Positions 60,797 to 64,000 of a DNA stretch of 64,000 nt are shown in pieces. A program made the position numbers and the translations under genes. This DNA is from Promethearchaeota archaeon (GTDB lineage: Archaea; Asgardarchaeota; Lokiarchaeia; Sigyniarchaeales; SOKP01): contig JAEOSU010000076.1 of the NCBI GenBank assembly GCA_016840165.1, forward strand, positions 98,664 to 162,663, in the 5' to 3' direction. The notes under the pieces are model-generated. The model saw nothing but the letters and a program-made list of their open reading frames with translations. It was not told the DNA's origin and did no database searches. Every line of letters starts with the position of its first letter. Within the stretch, counting starts at the first letter, position 1.

Positions 60797-61129
60797 ATTT
60801 CCAAAGAGAAAGATAATATCAATAACGAAAAAGATAAATTAATTTCAATAGGAAACATTGATAAAATTATTCATGAACCAGCACGTTTAATGATTCTTTC
60901 TCTTTTGTACGTAATAGAAAGTGCAGATTTTAAGTTTGTTAAAGGACAGACAAATCTGTCTTGGGGTAACTTATCTTCTCATATAAGTAAGTTAGAAGAA
61001 GCTGGATATGTAGAAGTAGAGAAAAAAACGAAAGGAAAAAAACCAATCACCCTTTTTAAGCTTACTCCCGAGGGTAGAAAGGCCTTTGAAAAATATCGCG
61101 AAGATATGCAGCGATTTCTCACAACCTAG
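60797..61129 (+). CDS. Winged-helix regulator (ArsR/MarR-like, HTH_34 type); start extended to ATT at 60797
   Basis: IDKIIHEPARLMI...F......LSWGNLSSH...LEEAGYV...LT..GR.AF. Confidence 0.88.
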   Translation: MSKEKDNINNEKDKLISIGNIDKIIHEPARLMILSLLYVIESADFKFVKGQTNLSWGNLSSHISKLEEAGYVEVEKKTKGKKPITLFKLTPEGRKAFEKYREDMQRFLTT

Positions 61130-61258
61130 AAAAGTATAGAATTTAAACCATTCTTTTTTTCAGATTCAATAACGAATAATTATGCTAAACCCTATATTTA
61201 AATAAATAAAATCAATTTTATAATTATAAAATAATACTATTTAAGATAAGATACTAAA

Positions 61259-61429
61259 ATGACTGACTATAAAAGGTTTAAATGTACTAAATGCGGAGAG
61301 GAGAATCCACGCAAATTACAAGAAGTTCCAGACAAAACGCAAGTTTTATATTATTCCATGCAAGGAACTCCTGTTTATAAAAAGCATATTAAATGTGGAA
61401 ATTGCGGTAATACGTTTGATAAGAGTTAA
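61259..61429 (+). CDS. 56-aa zinc-ribbon protein (missed by the ORF track)
   Basis: Manual translation MTDYKRFKCTKCGEENPRKLQEVPDKTQVLYYSMQGTPVYKKHIKCGNCGNTFDKS; two CxxCG knuckles. Confidence 0.75.
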   Translation: MTDYKRFKCTKCGEENPRKLQEVPDKTQVLYYSMQGTPVYKKHIKCGNCGNTFDKS

Positions 61430-61431
61430 GA

Positions 61432-62178
61432 TTAAGGATTAAAAATTGATTCATGATATTCTCTTATTTTTTCAATTTTTATTTGCCCTGGAGCCGTTTC
61501 TTTTTCTAATGACGCATAAGTGAAAAAAGAACCAAATTTAGTGCAAAATATTCTTGAAAATTTTCCTTTTTTACCCATACAAAATGAGATGATTTTGAAT
61601 TTATCATTTAAACTAGCGCATAAATTCAAGGGAATTAAGTTATCTGTGTACTTCTCAGCGGTAAATATGATTTTGTAGATAGAATTTTCTATAAAATTAA
61701 AATTTAAGTTAAAATCATCCTTTAATCTGTTAATAAACATACTTATATGAGTCTGGGATTCATCTAAGGAAGAAGTTTTTTCAAAGTCATGATGAGAAAA
61801 GATTAAGGTGAGATTTTCTTTAATTGCTAAATTAATAACTTGTGAGAGAATATGTCCTTCTGTTCCCATTTCGATGTCTAAATAATCTGGCTTTGAATTT
61901 ATTAATGTTTTCAATATTTGAAACCTCCTCTCCTCCTCAAGTTCAATCTTTCCACCTTCTTTAAAGCTCCTAAAAGTGAAAATACTTGAGCAATTTGGAT
62001 GGATAAGATCTATTAAAGGAGTAAGCAAGGATTGATTTATTGCTGCTAAATCATCGATAAAGTCAAATCTAAGCTCTATATAATGAGGTTCATATTTCAA
62101 TGCTTCTTTAATTACTTTGACATTTTCGTTTACCTCTCCATAGGTAATTGGCAGAGAGACGCAAATTCGGTTATTCAT
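61432..62178 (-). CDS. aroD: Type I 3-dehydroquinate dehydratase
   Basis: ELRFD, FTFR...EGG, DIE, SHHDF, FCMG..G..SR, TAPGQ. Confidence 0.9.
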   Translation of the reverse strand: MNNRICVSLPITYGEVNENVKVIKEALKYEPHYIELRFDFIDDLAAINQSLLTPLIDLIHPNCSSIFTFRSFKEGGKIELEEERRFQILKTLINSKPDYLDIEMGTEGHILSQVINLAIKENLTLIFSHHDFEKTSSLDESQTHISMFINRLKDDFNLNFNFIENSIYKIIFTAEKYTDNLIPLNLCASLNDKFKIISFCMGKKGKFSRIFCTKFGSFFTYASLEKETAPGQIKIEKIREYHESIFNP

Positions 62179-62208
62179 AATAATACAAAAAAGATAGTAA
62201 AAATTGTT

Positions 62209-62859
62209 TTAGATTTCTAGTATATCCTTTATGTCCTCTTCAGAGAATGCTAAAGTGTTTTCCGCATTCACTCTTTTAAGTAACTTTTTTTTCTTATAAT
62301 ATTTAATTAAGGGTTTAGCATTCTTTTCATAGGTATCCAATCGATTTTTGAGTGTTTCTTCATTATCATCACTTCGTTGTTCAAATTTAATCTCTGCGCC
62401 ACATTTATCGCAAATCCCTTCCTGTTTCGGTGGGAGTGTATATTTATTGTAAAGCGCACCACATTCTTTACACGAATATCGACCTAAAATTCGTTTTTTA
62501 ATGATATCACGATCAACTTCCAATAATAAAAGCAGATCTGGGTCAGAGATCTCAGATAGAGCTTTCGCTTGAGGTAATGTACGAGGAAATCCATCAAGAA
62601 TATAACCATTTTCTTTTACATCGGCTTTATTTAACCTATCCTGCACCATTTCGATAACAACTTCATCCGGAACTAATTTACCTTTATCCATATAACTTTT
62701 TGCTTTGTTTCCCAAAGGGGTTTCATTTTTTAAATTTTCCCGGAAAATATCACCAGTACTAATATGGATGATATTGGGTAAAACTTTTTTAATCTGTGAA
62801 GAGAACGTTCCTTTTCCACTTCCAGGGGGTCCAAATAGTATAAATTTAGAATTTTTCAT
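62209..62859 (-). CDS. adk: Adenylate kinase, long type with zinc LID
   Basis: GPPGSGKGT, HISTGD, LDGFPR, CKEC...CDKC, QRSDD. Confidence 0.93.
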   Translation of the reverse strand: MKNSKFILFGPPGSGKGTFSSQIKKVLPNIIHISTGDIFRENLKNETPLGNKAKSYMDKGKLVPDEVVIEMVQDRLNKADVKENGYILDGFPRTLPQAKALSEISDPDLLLLLEVDRDIIKKRILGRYSCKECGALYNKYTLPPKQEGICDKCGAEIKFEQRSDDNEETLKNRLDTYEKNAKPLIKYYKKKKLLKRVNAENTLAFSEEDIKDILEI

Positions 62860-62945
62860 TTGAAATCAATATTAGATTATATAGTAATAAATATTGTTAA
62901 ATCCATAATTGTTAATAATTTTTCGATGCTGATTGAGTGATTAAT

Positions 62946-63785
62946 CTAAGTTTCTCCTCCTCCGTAAAGGAAGAAATCAGGTATTAATCTTACATTAGGT
63001 ACGACCGAATAATGACTTAAGTCAGTTATTCCATGTTCTATTAAAACCTCATCATCAATGAAGAAATTTCCAGTACATTTATCGCTCTTTTCAGTAATTA
63101 TGTAGTAAGCAGCATCAGCTACAATTTCAGGTTTTCTTGAATGTTTGACCGCACTTTCACCACCTAATAAGTTTTTTACCGCTGCAGTTGCGATTGCAGT
63201 CCGTGGCCATAAAGCGTTTACCGCAATTTTGTCCTTTTTGAACTCTTCAGCCATCCCAAGAACGCACATACTCATTCCATATTTTGACATAGTATATGCT
63301 ACATGATGAGCAAACCATTTGGGAGCCATATTTAAAGGAGGGGAAAGGTTTAGGATATGTGGATTTTCTGATTTTTTCAGATGAGGGATGCAGAGTTTTG
63401 AACACATAAAGGTCCCACGCACATTTACAGAAAACATAAGATCAAATCGCTTCATTTCGGTTTCCAAGGTTGATGTTAAATTAATCGCACTCGCATCATT
63501 TATCACAATATCAATGCCACCAAATTCTTTTATAGTAGCATCTACCGCTGCTTGGACTTGATCTTCAAATCGTATATCTGCGATACATGCAAGACCGTGT
63601 CCACCCGCCATATTAATATCTTCCACTGCTGAATAGACTGTCCCTGGTAATTTTGGATGTGGTTCCTTAGTCTTAGCAACGGCAGCAATATTTGCTCCAT
63701 CCTGGGCTGCACGAATAGCAATTGCTTTTCCTATACCTCTACTTGCCCCAGTGATGAAAAGAGTTTTATTCTTTAACATTTTCAT
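62946..63785 (-). CDS. SDR oxidoreductase, HSDL2-like
   Basis: TGASRGIG, KT..PHPKLPGT, HILNLSPPL, YTMSK, NALWPRT.IAT. Confidence 0.88.
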   Translation of the reverse strand: MKMLKNKTLFITGASRGIGKAIAIRAAQDGANIAAVAKTKEPHPKLPGTVYSAVEDINMAGGHGLACIADIRFEDQVQAAVDATIKEFGGIDIVINDASAINLTSTLETEMKRFDLMFSVNVRGTFMCSKLCIPHLKKSENPHILNLSPPLNMAPKWFAHHVAYTMSKYGMSMCVLGMAEEFKKDKIAVNALWPRTAIATAAVKNLLGGESAVKHSRKPEIVADAAYYIITEKSDKCTGNFFIDDEVLIEHGITDLSHYSVVPNVRLIPDFFLYGGGET

Positions 63786-64000
63786 TATTATTTACCTAAA
63801 AATTTGCTAAATGTATTTGGATTTGAATCATAAATATTTCTTTGTGTTATTTTTTAAAAATAGCTTTTCTTACGAAGTAATAATGGGATTTTCAATATGA
63901 TTGACAATAAATTCCACTCGCTTTCTTTCTTTAAGGCTAAGCAGTTTGCTAAAGTTCGATTTAATTTGGGCACCATAGTAAGTATTTCCAAAAAAAGTAT

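Noticed and set aside
59507-61129. Three consecutive genes in the same frame separated by single stops (TAA 60146-60148, TGA 60788-60790), suggesting readthrough or selenocysteine fusion
   Set aside because: Each downstream gene has its own SD and ATT. A GGTGA SD with a 6-nt spacer automatically puts TGA in frame. No Sec-type context or SECIS was recognised.
63850-64000. Possible 3' end of a minus-strand gene at the window edge
   Set aside because: More than one frame is open and none has a recognisable motif.
1-64000. tRNA, rRNA, CRISPR arrays, IS elements, ESCRT genes
   Set aside because: Intergenic regions are short and AT-rich with no cloverleaf, spaced direct repeats or transposase motifs seen by eye. 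No ESCRT gene is next to the Ubl operon in this window. A covariance-model scan would be needed to exclude small RNAs.

Overview
AT-rich, gene-dense archaeal DNA. The gene content (archaeal ether-lipid operon, F420/methanopterin biosynthesis, archaeal uS2, eukaryote-like ubiquitin machinery, LITAF-like proteins) points to an Asgard archaeon, probably Lokiarchaeia; this is inference, not a database result. The main feature is a compact five-gene ubiquitin-like conjugation operon at 1.4-5.6 kb. It encodes a Ubl with an N-terminal tail and a single-glycine 'STAG|RLI' C-terminus, a UBA2/UBA3-style E1, an E2 with two active-site insertions, an MPN+/JAMM protease, and a polytopic membrane protein with a variant RING finger. 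A second pattern spans the window: at least six genes have conserved N-termini that can only be translated from an ATT (or ATA) codon placed 6-8 nt after a GGTG(A)-type Shine-Dalgarno, so the supplied ORF track truncates them. The rest comprises cofactor, lipid, branched-chain and aromatic amino-acid genes, two orphan DNA methyltransferases, PadR-HAAS modules, and a membrane/ABC/CAAX-protease operon preceded by three evenly spaced palindromic operators. I saw no rRNA, tRNA, CRISPR array or transposase.
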